Shown here: piece after piece, positions 38,741 through 52,320 of the stretch | Position numbering within the stretch: the stretch's first letter is position 1 | Layout of the letters: each line of letters begins with the position of its first letter | Assembly (NCBI RefSeq): GCF_009914755.1 | Contig: NC_060925.1 | Direction: 5' to 3' (one strand) | DNA length: 64,000 bases | Source: the human T2T-CHM13v2.0 reference genome, Homo sapiens | The notes under the pieces: model-generated | The model's input: only the letters and a program-made list of their open reading frames with translations | What the model was told of the DNA's origin: nothing | Databases searched by the model: none | Translations under genes and position numbers: made by a program

Positions 38741-41221
38741 AAGGGAAGAAAAAAGGGGTGGTTGGCCAAGATGTGTAGCCATGCTTAAAATTGCACCTGG
38801 AACATCATGGCCTATTTCTCCCATATGATTGTTAATAAAATAAAACTTTATTTTATGTAGTGTCTTTATGCCAAAATGCATCCCCAAATACTTGACAGAC
38901 TTAAATAATGCATTTAATACAACCGTCGTATGGTGTTATGGTGTCCCAGATCACTAGGAATCTTGAATTAATACATTATAATGATTTCTCCCCAGAGGGA
39001 GCTGGAAGTGCCTTGTTGCTGGGCAGATTATGGTAAGGGGATTGGGGTAGCATAATTAAGAGGGGAGGTGCTTGGTAGCTGGCATTCTTCAGTGATTCTA
39101 ATTTTCTTTTCTCTATTTGAAAAATCTGTAGGAGACTATTCTGTGGGCAAACTACAAGCCAGAGAATTTTTTTTTCAAATATAATGAACATCCAGACACT
39201 TTCCTGTAAGAAGTGGAGAGATACTGGATGATGATGATGATGATGATATGCTATGGATGAGAATGCTGACTGTGAGTTAACCTCTTGTAACATCTTTCAA
39301 TAAGACAAAGGCTTAGCTTATTCGCCTAAACATCTTCATATAAATGAATAAAACGCTGAGCCCCATGTGGAACTATTTCAGGCAGTTTCTAATACACCTA
39401 GCATGTGACCTTCCACACCCCCAAGTCCCTCGTGTATGGCATATTCCAACTAATATAGAGGCTTTTGTCTCTTTCCATATGCTGGGCTGTCTCTCTAACA
39501 CAAAAGCCACTTTTGAAGTGCAAAAATAAATGTGTTAAAGGGCTTTTAAACTAAACTCACAATGATATAATCATTTAAGGGAGTTGATGTAATCATTACA
39601 AGTAATTTGTCCTTGCCAAAGATTGAAAAATGAGTTCTAAAAGGGGAGAGCTAATGCTGAAGCCTGCATCTTGCTTCGCATAGAAGGACAAAAAATGCTT
39701 CTTACATATTTTTGCATAAGTTGTTCCACTGCCTAATTGGGCATGAGAGCAGGATAGAATTTATGGCTCAGAGCACTCCTCAGCCACAGGTGTAGAGTGA
39801 GATTGGGATTGTTAGCAAGCTGATATTGGTCTGGAACCCAGTTTAAGCATTTCATTTCTAGCAGTTAGACAGATGTCACACATTCTCAGGCAGCAGAATG
39901 TGCTCTTCCCTTTGCCACAGAGATTAGCCACAGCCTGTGATGCTGGTACTTTGCTGGAAGGAATAGGACAGGAGCTCCACTGCTGTGTTATTATCTGGGA
40001 TCTATTATGTTTTTACATTTTTCAAAAATCTTTAAGCTAGATCTTTGACATTCAACTGCCTATAAAGACATGTGCCACCTGATGAGAAGCTTTGATGTGC
40101 ATTTTGAGGATTAAATAATCTAGATAGAAGGCAATGTGTTTCCAGCCAAGAAGAAAACTATGGAGAAAATTTTGCCTCCTGCAGCTAAGCTCTGTTGGCA
40201 GTCAATACCTTTTAGCTTACCCTCTATATTTGATTTCATACATATTTACAGACTATTTTTCCTCTTAGTGCTAATTCTTTTGAGACCAAATTAAGAACAA
40301 AGATAGCAGGAACAGGCTTCATCAAATAAAAATGTAAATATGCTGCATCTCATTTGTGCTTGAAGAAACTTTATTTAAATATTTTTTATCAAGTGGAATA
40401 GTCTGGCTATATCATTATCAGTGTCTGGGAAAGTAATAACCTGGCGAGTCAGTGTAAGTCAGGGAGGGGAAAGTGAGCTCATACATTCTGTTAATGTGGC
40501 CTACTTTGGAGTGAGATTTTTCTATGACTTCCAAAAAGAAAGTGGTAATAGTGTTGATGTACACAGTCTAGGACAATTGTCATGATTAACTTCATTTTAC
40601 TATATATCAAATGAAGAATTACTGACTTCGACTAACGGTATTGTGCAAAGTAGTGATGATGTATTTTTAAGTGAATAAAATGGGGGATAATTTGCAGATT
40701 TTTATCTATTTTAGACTTTGGTTTAAAGAATGGTAAGAGAAAGCTCCAGGTAGTCACAAACTAAATAGACTCTGTTGAATTTTATTTCCTCTAACTTGGT
40801 GCAAAGTATGATATTGCATCTTCAGCAGTGGCCAGGAAGTAAAGCAAAGAATCAGGCTTGCCACATAAAACATGCTACTCATTCAATAAAACAGTAAGAA
40901 AAACACTATTTTTTAAAGACTTTCAAAGAAAAGAATTCTAAACCTCAGTCAGAAATTAGTTTTCATTTTTTCAGGTGTCAAAAAATATCACTTACACTTT
41001 GTCAAATTACTCTAATCTGTCTTTCTTTAAAAAGAAACATTTAATAAATTCTGAAGAGGTGCTCTTTTCTCTGGTTGTGGGTGAAATTTTATATTTAAAC
41101 TAAATGGATTTTTTAGAACAGCAGTTTGAGCAGATCAGTGTGCTATGTCAACTGCCAATGTGATGAACATCCCAACTCTCCTTCATTTTTCTTTGGGATC
41201 CCCCACAGCCTCCCCCCAATT

Positions 41222-41277
41222 TACACACACACACACACACAGAGAGACACACACACACACACACACACATACACACA
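41222..41277. repeat. Interrupted (CA)n microsatellite
   Basis: Direct reading of the sequence. Confidence 0.9.
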
Positions 41278-44123
41278 GCTTATTTATTTATTTAGCCAGG
41301 TTATTCTTAATAAGGGGAATGGGAGTAAAAAGTACAAACTCTCCTCTGTCATTGATTATTTTACATGATCTCCTTTGTTCACACATTTGCTCAAAATACT
41401 AATTGTTTAGTTCATTCAAATGTTTTATTTCTACTGGCTTTGAATGAAGGGGATGGCAAGTTAACTTTTAAGAATTAAAAAAAAAAGCTGAACATACATG
41501 ATTGACCACTACATTCAAAAACGGAATGATTCTACAGCATTTATGGCTATTTGAGGGCATATAGTTCAACACAATGAACTCCTGCTACGAAGCAAGGAAG
41601 AAAGACGGTCTTATTGGGAAGAAAAGAAAAAGGCAGTTAAGATTGACCTCTGAGAGAAAAATGTTTCTTGCTAACTACTTTTTATGTGTGAGCCTGAATG
41701 ACTGTCCTCTACAGCTCCGCAGATGAAATGTGTTCATGCCAATAAAAGGGAAAACTTTAAATATCTCGAGTATGAGAATAATGAAACTAGCATTTCTCAT
41801 CTACAACATTATAATCAAAAGAGTTAGAAAATACTTTCCATAATAACTATGAAAGTGATTTATACAAATAAATGTTTCAAAATCTCAAAGGTTCCACCAC
41901 AGTAATTAAAGGTGTAACTTTTGCATTTATTTTGCAATTCATGTCTCTGGAGGCTAATTTAGGGTACTTTTTACACAACAATATTAATTTATTTCTTTGT
42001 GCTACCTCTTACATGATTTAAAGTTAACATCTACGGTGTCCTTGCTTTCAAATGTAGATTTTCTCTTTCTGAATCTTGCTTGCTAGGAGAGCCGTGTATG
42101 CAATGCATTCACAATCCCATATATACTTTTCATACATACACATTCATACCCACACACAATCACAATGCACACAGAAACACAGACACCCTTTCTTCAGGGT
42201 AATATAGGAATTATCTCTAGGTTTTTCAGGGTGGCCCAGATGATTTGAAATGAATATCTCACTCAGAAACCTTAAAATGTTGAGATCATCATCTTGAAAT
42301 CAAATAGATTGAACATTATTTACCTGTTTGAAATCAGTAGGCAGGATTAGTCACATATCTGGCTTTTTTGAATATCTAATTAAATCATATTATATCTATG
42401 TCAACTGGATACAAATTTAACATTAAGAGATTACAAAAAGAAAAAACGTGGCCAAAATTAATACTAGACATCTCTGTATACTAGATAACTTATTTCAGCC
42501 AACAGTCTTACCAATTGCTTCCTTGAGGGTTGCTGAGAAGTGCCCTGTTCTTCATGGACTTTTGTTGTCTTCTGGAAGCCTCCCTCTTGGCCCCCAGACT
42601 CTAAGTAACCTAGTTAGCATATTCCCCTTTGCATGTAAAAAGGGATGTACACTGTAACCTGAGGCCAGGCCCACCTTAATTAACATTTCAAATCAGAGAC
42701 TCTAAGCAGATATTTTACAGAGGTACAGAAAGGGAAAGAAAACTGGCAGGGTGGGATAAAGCCAAGCCTATGGAGGCCTAATTTACTGAGCATTATTAAA
42801 CAAAGGTTTCCTAAAGAGACAGCAAAGAGAGAAATGGATTTCTACATAGAGTAATAAGCATTAAGAAACTAAGCTCATGTCTTTTAAAATGAGAACATCT
42901 GTGGCCAATTTCATTCTTTGAAATAGGTTAGACCACAACAAGAAATTGGACAACTACTTAACAGGGAACTACTTCCGAGGTTTTGGGTTGATATCCACCC
43001 TTACCTGCTCCCAGCACACCCTGTGAAACCCCCTACTTTAATCATTTGAACGCCTAAGTTATTTGTCTATAAATGGTTTTTACTATGTACAAATAGAATA
43101 TTTAGAATTCTTTAGTGGATTGAATCAGTGCAGACACGTTAACTGGACCAATCAGGTCTCAAAGTGTTTTGTTGTTGTTGTTGTTTTTAACTTTAAGCAT
43201 TTTATTCTTCCATTTTATTTGTCTGGGGGTTCTCTAGGACCATTAAACTGTGGTAGTTTGGGGGTTATCAAAGCCAAACTAAATGGGATGGAAATACTGA
43301 GTACAATTAATTAATCCAATTTGTTACTCTGCTTCCAAAACCAGTCAAGTGTACATTATTACCTTTTCTTTGGTATAGCACATGTTTTGGAGGCCAGTGG
43401 GTATAAATTAAACATATAGAAGTAAATAAAATACTTGTCTCTGCAGAATTGGACCTACTAAATGTTTCACTCCCAGTATGGTGTGCCTACAGTCATAAAC
43501 CCAGTCACCACCCAGAATACTCATGGAATTAGGTTTTAATTATTCAGTTTCTATAAAACATTTAGTTGCCCAAATCTCTCATATTCCATACTATAATAAT
43601 AATTCTAACAATCTACAGATTTTTCATCAAACTCAAAATTATGAACTGAACAATGACAATTTTACAATGTTATTAGTTGTTGTCACTCCAAAGATGGAAG
43701 TAGTACTTTTTCTGTTCATATAATTACAATGATAACACTGGTAACTCTTTCACAATCTTTGTTATTTTGCTAGGATCAAATAATTTAGAAGACTCTTTGT
43801 GCTAGTTGAGGCAGTTGAATGAGTGAACTTCAGCACAACTTCCAGAGTAATAAAACAGATGGATTTCTGCAAAAGCAGAAATATATTTTCTTCTACCCTT
43901 TTACCTGGCAGCAGTATTTTAAGCTAACTAGCTCCAATAGAATAGCTGATGCAAAGAATTAGAACTGGAAATTCCCTTGGATTGCCAAGGTATAAACAAG
44001 GGCATGACTCTAGACGTGACACTCACCTGGCATGTGTGCTTTGTGCTGTTCCAATGCCTGAGATCATAAATCAGTCACAACCTTTTCTGCATTATTAAGA
44101 CACAGCCTCAAAATCCTTCATGC

Positions 44124-44410
44124 CAGTGCTTTCCAAGTTCCACAGAATCATATAACATGCCCATAATTTCATCATATTCATTTTTACGTGTAGTAAGTAA
44201 ATATCATTTACTTAGTTTTTTCCTTTAAAGTGACAATGTTTCACTTAATTGTGGTCTATAAGAAAAATGTGTGTTACTTCATTATATCCGTTAAATCATG
44301 GTTTTGTTATGCTAGTTAAATTTTCCTACTATATTAAATAAATGATTATTAAAATATAAAATGTTATTTTGCATACCATCTGAATACCAAAAGCAGGGTG
44401 GAAAATATTG
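44124..44410. mobile_element. hAT-Charlie-type non-autonomous DNA transposon remnant
   Basis: Terminal-inverted-repeat-like ends CAGTGCTTTCCA ... TGGAAAATATTG around an AT-rich core. Confidence 0.4.
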
Positions 44411-44549
44411 TTCTATATAGCGGTCAATTAATAGCTAGTCAGTCATGAGAAAACTCATTTGCTTTCTTTACTGTAGAAAACATATCCACCAGGGGGAAAA
44501 AGTGTTTCACACAAAGTGATTCAATTAAAGTTAATTAAATAAATATGTA

Positions 44550-44865
44550 TTGATTACCACCTCCAGACCTGAAGGGGAAATGGGAGGGAATGGTTGCCAG
44601 ATCCTGGAAAGAGAACTGGAATGAGCTGAGGCCCTTGGAGGAGGGATGCAGTGGACTCAAGGTCCCAAGGGCATGGAATCAAGCCCCTACACCACATCCT
44701 GACTCTCTCTCTCATCTCATACCAGGGCCTCTCGTTAGCAGCGACCAACTGAAAGTCAGGCCGAGGGAGTCCATTGATGTAGTACACATGGATCAGTCTC
44801 CAGGACATAAGGAAAGCTTTTAAGGATGTTGAGGGGAGCTGGAGGGCAAATGGTACATATCCAGA
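44550..44865 (-). mobile_element. LTR33 (ERVL) fragment inserted in L2
   Basis: The minus strand begins ctggatatgtaccatttgccctccagc...ggagactgatccatgtgtactacatcaatggactccct, matching the LTR33 5' end as recalled. Confidence 0.7.
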
Positions 44866-45473
44866 TGACTGAGCATATCTCTAGGCACTGGAGATACAGT
44901 CCCTGAAGGGATATAACTTAGGACTTACAGTTTATGAGTAGACAGAGAAAGAAGTAAGCACTATGAAGTGGGTATGTATATAATGCATAAAAATAGGCAA
45001 TTAACCAGACTACAGAGCTCCGGGAAATCTTCCTAGGGGAGGTAAAATCTAAATGAAATCTTCCTTGAGAAGTAGGTGTTACACAGCTCAAGGAAGGAGA
45101 TAGGCATGGGATATTTTCCAGCACAATGTTGGACAATATTTAGTATCACTGGGGCAGGTAATAGATTGTGAACGGAAAGAAAAAGTTTGAGGTTAGAAAG
45201 GAAACCAGAAAGAAAATCAGAGAATATAAAGAAGTTTATTTATCATGCTAAGATATATTTAACCCTCAGAGTAATGGTAAGCCACTGAAATAGTGTAGTG
45301 CAATCATATTTGTATTTTAGAAATATTGCCCTGATTGAAGAGAGGCAGGACTAGAGAGTAAAGACCAATTAAGAGCCCGTTGTTTTAATAAAATAAGTGG
45401 CAGTGATGTGCAGACTTGGAAGAGTTCCAGTGGGATGTATTTACAGACATATTTAAGGGGTACTATCAATAGG
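44866..45473 (-). mobile_element. L2 (host of LTR33 and the MaLR provirus; resumes at about 47780-47820)
   Basis: ctaggcactggagatacagtccctg...gtaatggtaagccactgaa...atttgtattttagaaa. Confidence 0.7.
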
Positions 45474-47774
45474 TATCTTGATCTGTTTGTGCTGCTATGA
45501 CAAAATACCGTCAATTGGGTGGCTTATAAATAACATAAATTTGTATCTTCTGGTTATAGAGGCTGGGAAGCCTAAGATCTGGTTGCTAGCATGTTCAGCT
45601 TCTGGAGAGGGCCCACTTCTAGGTTGCAGACTGCTGACTTCTTGCTGTGTCTGATATCATGGAAGGGGCTAATGAGCTCCCATAGGCCTATTTTATAAGG
45701 TCACTAGTCTCATTCATAAGGCCTCTGTCCCCATGACTTAATTACCTCCCCGAAGTCTTCACCTCCTAATACTGTATCACCTTGGGGGTTAGGATTTAAA
45801 CATACAAATTTGGGTGGAGACAAACATTCAGACCATGGCATTCTTTCCCTAGCTTCAATTCATGCCCTTCTCATATGCAAAATACATTCATTTCATCCCA
45901 ATAGCCTCAAAAGTCTTTACACATTCCAGCATCACCTCAGAAGTCTAAAACCCAGAGCATCATCTCAAGATCATCTAAATCAGATATGGAGAGACTCAAG
46001 GTTCCCTTTATTCTGAAGCAAATAGCTCTCCAGCTGTTGACTTGTGAAATCAAGCATGTTATATGCTTCCAAAATAAAATGGCGAGATAGGCATAGGATA
46101 GACATGTCCATTCCAAAAAGGAGAAATAGGAAAGAAGGAAGAGGTAATGGGTCCTGAGCAAGTCCAAAACCTTAAGGGTCAAAAATAACTTCTTTGGCGT
46201 GAAACTGTGCCGTCTGGGCACTCTGGAGCAGTGGCTCTGTCTTCCAGGCCCACTGGGATGATGGCCCTGTCTTCTAGGCTTGGGTGGCTCCACCCATACG
46301 GCAGTTCCCTGCAGTAACCCCACCTCTGCAGCAGCAACGTGCCTGGGTCGTGTCCCTGTGGCTCTCCTGGGCTGGAATTGCACATCTATAGATATACTGG
46401 TCTGAAATTTAGGGGACACCACCACCCTCAAACTGGTTTTCTACCTGGATTTCTTGGCTTTACGGGGAATCCTTTGGAATCTAGGTGGACTTAGCTAGAT
46501 TTCCTCACGGCTTTGCTGGTAGTAGTACATACTATACCAGGACCCACTGTAGTCACACCTGGGGCAGCCAAGGAGTATCATGATGGAGGGCAATGAGCAG
46601 AGCCTTGAGGGGTGCAGGGCATCAAGTGCAGAGGTCTTGAGAACACCCATGGCCACTCCTTTGAAATCACTCTGTTTCCCCAGGACCTTGCACTCTTGGC
46701 CTGTGATGGGAGTGGCAACTCTGCTACTCTTCAAAATGCCTTTGGGATCATTTTTCCATTGTCCTGATGAATAGCACCTGGTTTATACGCACGAATCTCC
46801 TTACTGAATGGTTTACTGGTCACACCCTTGATGTTCTCTCCACAACATGCTTTCTCATTTTAAAGAATAAGAACAACCTGAGAATTTTCTAAAATTTGAC
46901 TTCTGCTTCTCTTTTGATTAAAAATTCACTATTTAATTTTTCGGTATTAAATTTCTAAGCAGTGTTGAGGGTAAGCCAAGCCATGCCCTCTATACTGCTT
47001 AGAAATTTCTTTGGCAAAATATGTATTTCACTACTCATAAGTTCTACTTTCTACAAAACTAGTACACTTTATAATAAGGGGCACTTTTCCTCCAGTGTCC
47101 AAAGGTATGTTCCTCATTTCTGTTTAAGACCTCATCAGAATGGCCTTTACTGTACATATTTCTACCAACATTGTATTTATGACCACTCATATGTTTTCTA
47201 AGAAGATGAAGGCTTTCTCTACAGCTCTCCTCTTCTTCTGAGCCTTCCTCCGCATCTCCCTCTATGATCTGTCCATGGTGACATAAGCTTTTTCCAGCAG
47301 GCACTAGAAAACCCTTCCAGCCTCTACTCATTATCCAGTTTCAAAACTGCTTCCATATTTTTGTTAAAGCAGCAACCTTACTCCTTGGTACCAATTTTCA
47401 TCTTAATTCAATGTGAATTGCTCTAACAAAATACTATAATAAAAACTGGGTGGCTTATACACATACAATAAAGTTATTTCTCAAAGTTCTGGAGGCTGTG
47501 AAGTTCAAGATCCAAGTGCCAGCAGATTTGTAATCTAGTGAGGGCTCATGATTTCCTGGTTCATAGATGGCACCTTCTTGCTAGTTGTCCTTAATGGTAG
47601 AAGGAGAAAATGAGCTTAATTGGGCCTATTTTATAAGAGCACTAATGTAATTAATAAAAGCTCCACCCCATGATCTAATCACCCCCAAAGGCCCTGCCTC
47701 CTAATCCCATTGCCTTGGAGGTTAGGATTTCAACATATGAATTTTGGGGAGATACAAACATTAAGACAACAGCA
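45474..47774 (-). mobile_element. Complete MaLR provirus (MLT1A-type): 3' LTR 45474-45840, internal 45841-47398, 5' LTR 47399-47774
   Basis: Two co-oriented homologous LTRs. The internal region starts AAAATTGGTACCA and ends in the polypurine tract GGGAAAGAA before TG. TSD ATAGG / ACAGG. Confidence 0.9.
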
Positions 47775-48483
47775 ACAGGTTTAAATGACTTGTGGAGAAT
47801 GAGAGAGCAAGAATGACTCCTTATTCCTGTTAGTCCAAACCTTACCAAATCAATATGCTCACATACTGTAGGACAGATAAAAAACACTCCTTTAAAAAGT
47901 TAATTATATATGGTTTTTATGTATTGAATTATTTTTCCAATTTACCTTTCATGAGAAAATCGCGGATGTAGTCTGAGGTGGTGGCAGGGAAAGCTGATTT
48001 CAAAAAGAATGCCTGGAAAATATTAAAATATTCAGATATAATAACACACAAGTATATGAATCAGTGAAGTTGTATAAGAAGCACAATTAGGATGAGTTCT
48101 TTCTCATAGTTCTAGTAATACTGTGGGCTAACTATAGAGCCATCTAAATTCACATAACAGTAATATTCAAAATAAATCACTAAATAACAAAACAAATTTA
48201 AGAATTATTTTTATATTTGATAGTAAAGAAATTGGGCAAAACATAAGCTACACCATTTCTAAAACTCTCTTCTCCATTCTCTTTTGCTGAATAAGAAAAC
48301 CTTGTTAACTGTGTGATTCTATAACTTTGAGGAAGCTATCTTTTAAATGTAAACATGCCACTCTATGTAGAAGGGAGGATGAGACTAGAAACAGCATAGG
48401 AATTGATGTAAAATATAGCAATGAGTGAATAAGATTACATCCACAGTAATGCTGTATATTAGTTTAACATGTTCAGGCAAATG

Positions 48484-48590
48484 TTATTTTCTTCATTTTA
48501 CAAATGAGGAATCTGAGACTGAGAGATTAAACAACTTGCTCAAGGTTAGTTGGTTATTAAATTGGCAGAACTGAGACTTGAATTCAGGAA
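48484..48590 (-). mobile_element. MIR core
   Basis: cattttacaaatgaggaatctgagactgagagattaaacaacttgctcaagg. Confidence 0.8.
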
Positions 48591-48711
48591 ATCAGAAGTT
48601 TGTAGAGTTACTTTAGCAATATCACATTGACTTTCACACTCAAGAGTATCTGAAAATGTTTTTACCACTTTTTTAATTAACCTAATCATTGATTAATTAG
48701 CAGATAATGCT

Positions 48712-49058
48712 TATTTTTTTAAATTAAATGGCTTTATTTAAATATAATTAATATGCATCAAATTACACATTTCAAGCGTACAATTTAATCACTTTTGATA
48801 TGCATTTGTAAAACCATCACCACAGTCAAAATAATGAACATATTCATCATTCCAAAAATGATGAACTTTTCTCCTGCCCCTTAGTAATTCCTCCCTTAAC
48901 CCCAGGCAGCCACTGATCTGCTTCCTGTCACTATAGATAAGTTGACATTTTTTAGAATTTTATATAAATGAAATCATAAACTAATGTACTCTTTTGTTGT
49001 CTGACTTCCTTCTTCCAGCATAATTATAAGATTTATCCATGTTGTATGTATAATTAGA
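48712..49058 (-). mobile_element. L1MB-type 3' end
   Basis: aaaccatcaccacagtcaaaataatgaacat...ccccaggcagccactgatctgcttcctgtcactatagat. Confidence 0.8.
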
Positions 49059-49080
49059 AAAACATTTTTAATGACAGATA

Positions 49081-49431
49081 TTTCTCTTTTTTTCATTTTA
49101 TTTTTCTTTTATTATTATACTTTAAGTTGTCAGATACATGTGCAGAACGTGCAGGTTTGTTACATCGGTATACACATGCCATGGTGGTTTGCTGCACCCA
49201 TCAACCCATCATCTACATTAGGTATTTCTCCTAATGCTATCCCTCCCCTAGCTCCCCACCCCGCAACAGGCCCCAGTGTGTGATGCTCTCCTCCCTGTGT
49301 CCATGTGTTCTCATTGTTCAACTCCCACTTATGAGTGAGAACATGCAGTGATTGGTTTTCTGTTCTCGTGATAGTTTGCTGAGAATGATGGTTTCCAGCT
49401 TCATTCATGTCCCTGCAAAGGACATGAACTC

Positions 49432-49462
<31 letters not shown>

Positions 49463-49516
49463 TGAGACGAACTCATCCTTTTTTAAGGCTGCATAGCATT
49501 CCATGGTGTATATGTG
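49081..49516 (-). mobile_element. L1PA7-like 3' end, 5' truncated
   Basis: tatactttaagtt...gtgcagaacgtgcaggtttgttaca...tcccacttatgagtgagaacatg...ctgcaaaggacatgaactc. Confidence 0.92.
49442..49468 (-). mobile_element. Ultra-truncated Alu-like insertion (GTCTC plus poly(A)) with 16-bp TSD
   Basis: GAACTCATCCTTTTTT (49426-49441), T22-GAGAC, GAACTCATCCTTTTTT (49469-49484). Confidence 0.75.
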
Positions 49517-50051
49517 ATTTGTTGTCTATCAAGAGAATCCTTGTATTCAAGAGTCCCATTTCTACCCTTTCTTCATTCCCTCATGCAGAAGAGATTTTTT
49601 TTTTTTCAATCTGGTTAGGCTGTTTCCTTGACTTTTGTGATACAAAATCAGAGAAGTGGTTGAGGAAGAGGAGATTTGAAACGGTAGATTTGAAGCAGAG
49701 CTGGTGAGGTTAATACTCACATTACAGAGTTGATGAGGAGAGTTTGACCAAATGAAATAGTCCAAGAGAATTGGTGAGAGACAGAAAGGGAAGTGCTGCA
49801 GAAGGTCATGATCTGAAGCCATTTAAAAGTTCTTACAGACACAGGATTCAAGAATCAAACCTATGCTTGCCAGTTTGGTAATGAGTCTTTAAATATGATG
49901 TCACTCTTGAATAAAAACATTTAGGTTATTCTTTTTGTGTATTCTTGAGTTTGTAGTCTGGAGGTTTTGACTTTATAACTCACCACTCAGCTCTATTCCA
50001 GATTAAAATCATTATGTCAGAGCTGAGAATTACTTTTTTACCATGACTGCC

Positions 50052-50419
50052 TGCTATGGTCTGAATGTTTGTGTTCCCCTCCAGAGTTTGTGTGTTCAAA
50101 TCCTTACCCTCATGGGAATGGTATTAGGAGTTGGGGCCTTTGGAGAAGTGATTAGGTCAGGAGGTTGGAGCCCTCATGACTGGCATTAGTGCCCTTTTAA
50201 AATAAGCTCCAGTGATCTCATTAGCCACTTCCACCATGTGGGAATACAGTGAGAAGGCACATTTTATGAACCAGGAAATTGGCCCTCACTAGACACCATA
50301 TCTGCTGGTGCCTGGACCTTGGATTTCACAGTCTCCAGAACTGTGAGAAATAAATGTTTGTTGTTTATAAGCTACCCAGTTTAAAGTATTTGTTATAGCA
50401 GCCTCAATGGACTATGAAA
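50052..50419 (+). mobile_element. MLT1A0-like solo LTR
   Basis: tgctatggtctgaatgtttgtg...ctccagaactgtgagaaataaatg...gttatagcagcc...gacta. Confidence 0.9.
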
Positions 50420-52119
50420 CTGAGAAATTATTGAATTAATAGTGCAAATTAACTGCAATGGACCAGCTCCAAACACCGTGATTATTAGAATAAGGACAAA
50501 AAACAAAAAAAAAAACGACATTGAACCTCAGGCCCTGAAATAAGAGTTGCACAATGAGGACAGATGTGCCAGCCAGAAAAATCAAACTTATTCAATACTG
50601 TGTGATTTGATTAACATAAGGAAATCTTTTAGACTTCCCTACCTCACTTTCTAGGAACACACTAAATTATATTTTATCCCAACATCCATGGATGTCCAGT
50701 TTCTTAAGAATTATTTTAAGAAAGCCTATATGTATTAAATACTAGTGCTACTTGGACTAGTTAAAATAGTTAAAAGTTATTGCCAGTTTTCAACAAGATA
50801 TGGTTAAGCCTGTGAAATGAGTTATATTGATCAACATTCTACTAGAAATTGGGAGAAAAATATTATAGGAAGTAATGTACCAGGAGTCAGAGGAAGTAAC
50901 TTTGAGGCATAATTAGTATGCCTCAGTATGACACAAAAATACAAAATGATAATAAGTTCTTGTACTAAGATAATGTTTTAATGAGCACATATAAAGCACA
51001 TATAAGCACATAAATTAGGCCCGATTATGGATCACAATCTATGTGATTAGCATTTCTGTAGAGAGAGCTTTATTTCGTTAAAATGTATGCAAGGCAGGGA
51101 ATAAAGTAATTAAGATTAAAATGAAAAATACATAATGCTGGGTAACCAATCAAGAAAAGAGAATTTTTTGGTTTTTTGTTTGTTTTTGTTTTTGTGCTCA
51201 GACTAATATTTATTGCAGTGCTATCCACTAGGTCTAGAGCATGGCTGAAGCTCAGGATAGCTTAAGCTGAGTTTATGCCTAGGATATACAATCAAGAATC
51301 ACTGAACAATATCTCTTCTTCTTTTTTTTCTCTCTCTCTTTCTCTGAAAAACCCTATGAGTTCTTGCTGTTAGTGAATTTGATCAAGGCTGAGGACAAAA
51401 GGGAAGTAACTTGAGCATGCAACAAGGACTAGGGTACAGCTGTGATTTGAGAAGCTGGCAGAATTGGGGGCACTAAAATTCTCTGGGTACCGGCTCTTAT
51501 AGACACTCCTAACAAGTGGCCTTGCTGTAAATTTATGGGCAGTATGAACACAGGCATCCACCTTTCCATATTATTAAATTATTGAAATGGAACTTACAAA
51601 TGGGAAAACAAAATTCTACAGCATAACTAGAAAAATCTATGGTTGGTTAAACTGATATTTGCCAAGCATAGAAGCCAATCTACAGATTTGAAGAATTTCT
51701 GCAAGATAGAATACATATGGGAAAAATACTTTGAAGGCACATATTAAGGCATGGATATCACTCTACAGGAAGACTGGAGAGTCTGGATAATAAATAGAAG
51801 ACCCCGGAAATCTTTTGTTTTATTGCTATTGTAAATGGAGGTGAACTGGAGTTAATATCAGGGGAAGAGGCTGTGCAGCAGCACACCAGCCAAATTCTGT
51901 TTTGTAGACTTTGAACCTTAGTAGAGGCATAACCCAGATTTCTCATCAGTGTAGACCACTCCAACAAGACAGAATCTTGGCCCAGTGATAAGAAAAGTCC
52001 TTTGCAAACCTACACAGCAAAGAAACAGCCATGTGGCAGCTTTCCTGTAATAATCCATGATGTGTGGGACAGAAATAAGCTCTATGTTAAAGCTGAAGGT
52101 AATAAAAGACACTGAAATA

Positions 52120-52320
52120 GTGATTTCTCTGTGCTAGGAGATTAATTTAGTGATTTACTTAATCCCAACAAACCATGAAATACATACTATTAGTACTCCC
52201 ATTTTATGGATGAGTATACTGAGGCACAGAAAAACTAAGTAATTTGCCTGAAGTTCACAAAGCAAGTTAAGCAGTAGTTATTTCATTTAAACTTTGGCAG
52301 CCTGGCTCCATAAAATCCAT
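52120..52320 (-). mobile_element. MIR SINE
   Basis: cccattttatggatgagtatactgaggcacagaaaaactaagtaatttgcctgaag. Confidence 0.8.

Noticed and set aside
44486-44500. CCACCAGGGGGAAAA as a CTCF site
   Set aside because: It lacks the conserved C and the 3' end of the core, so it is weaker than the 23298 site
45937-46431. Longest ORF in the window (164 aa)
   Set aside because: It lies inside the MaLR internal region, has no recognisable domain, and is a chance frame in GC-richer repeat DNA
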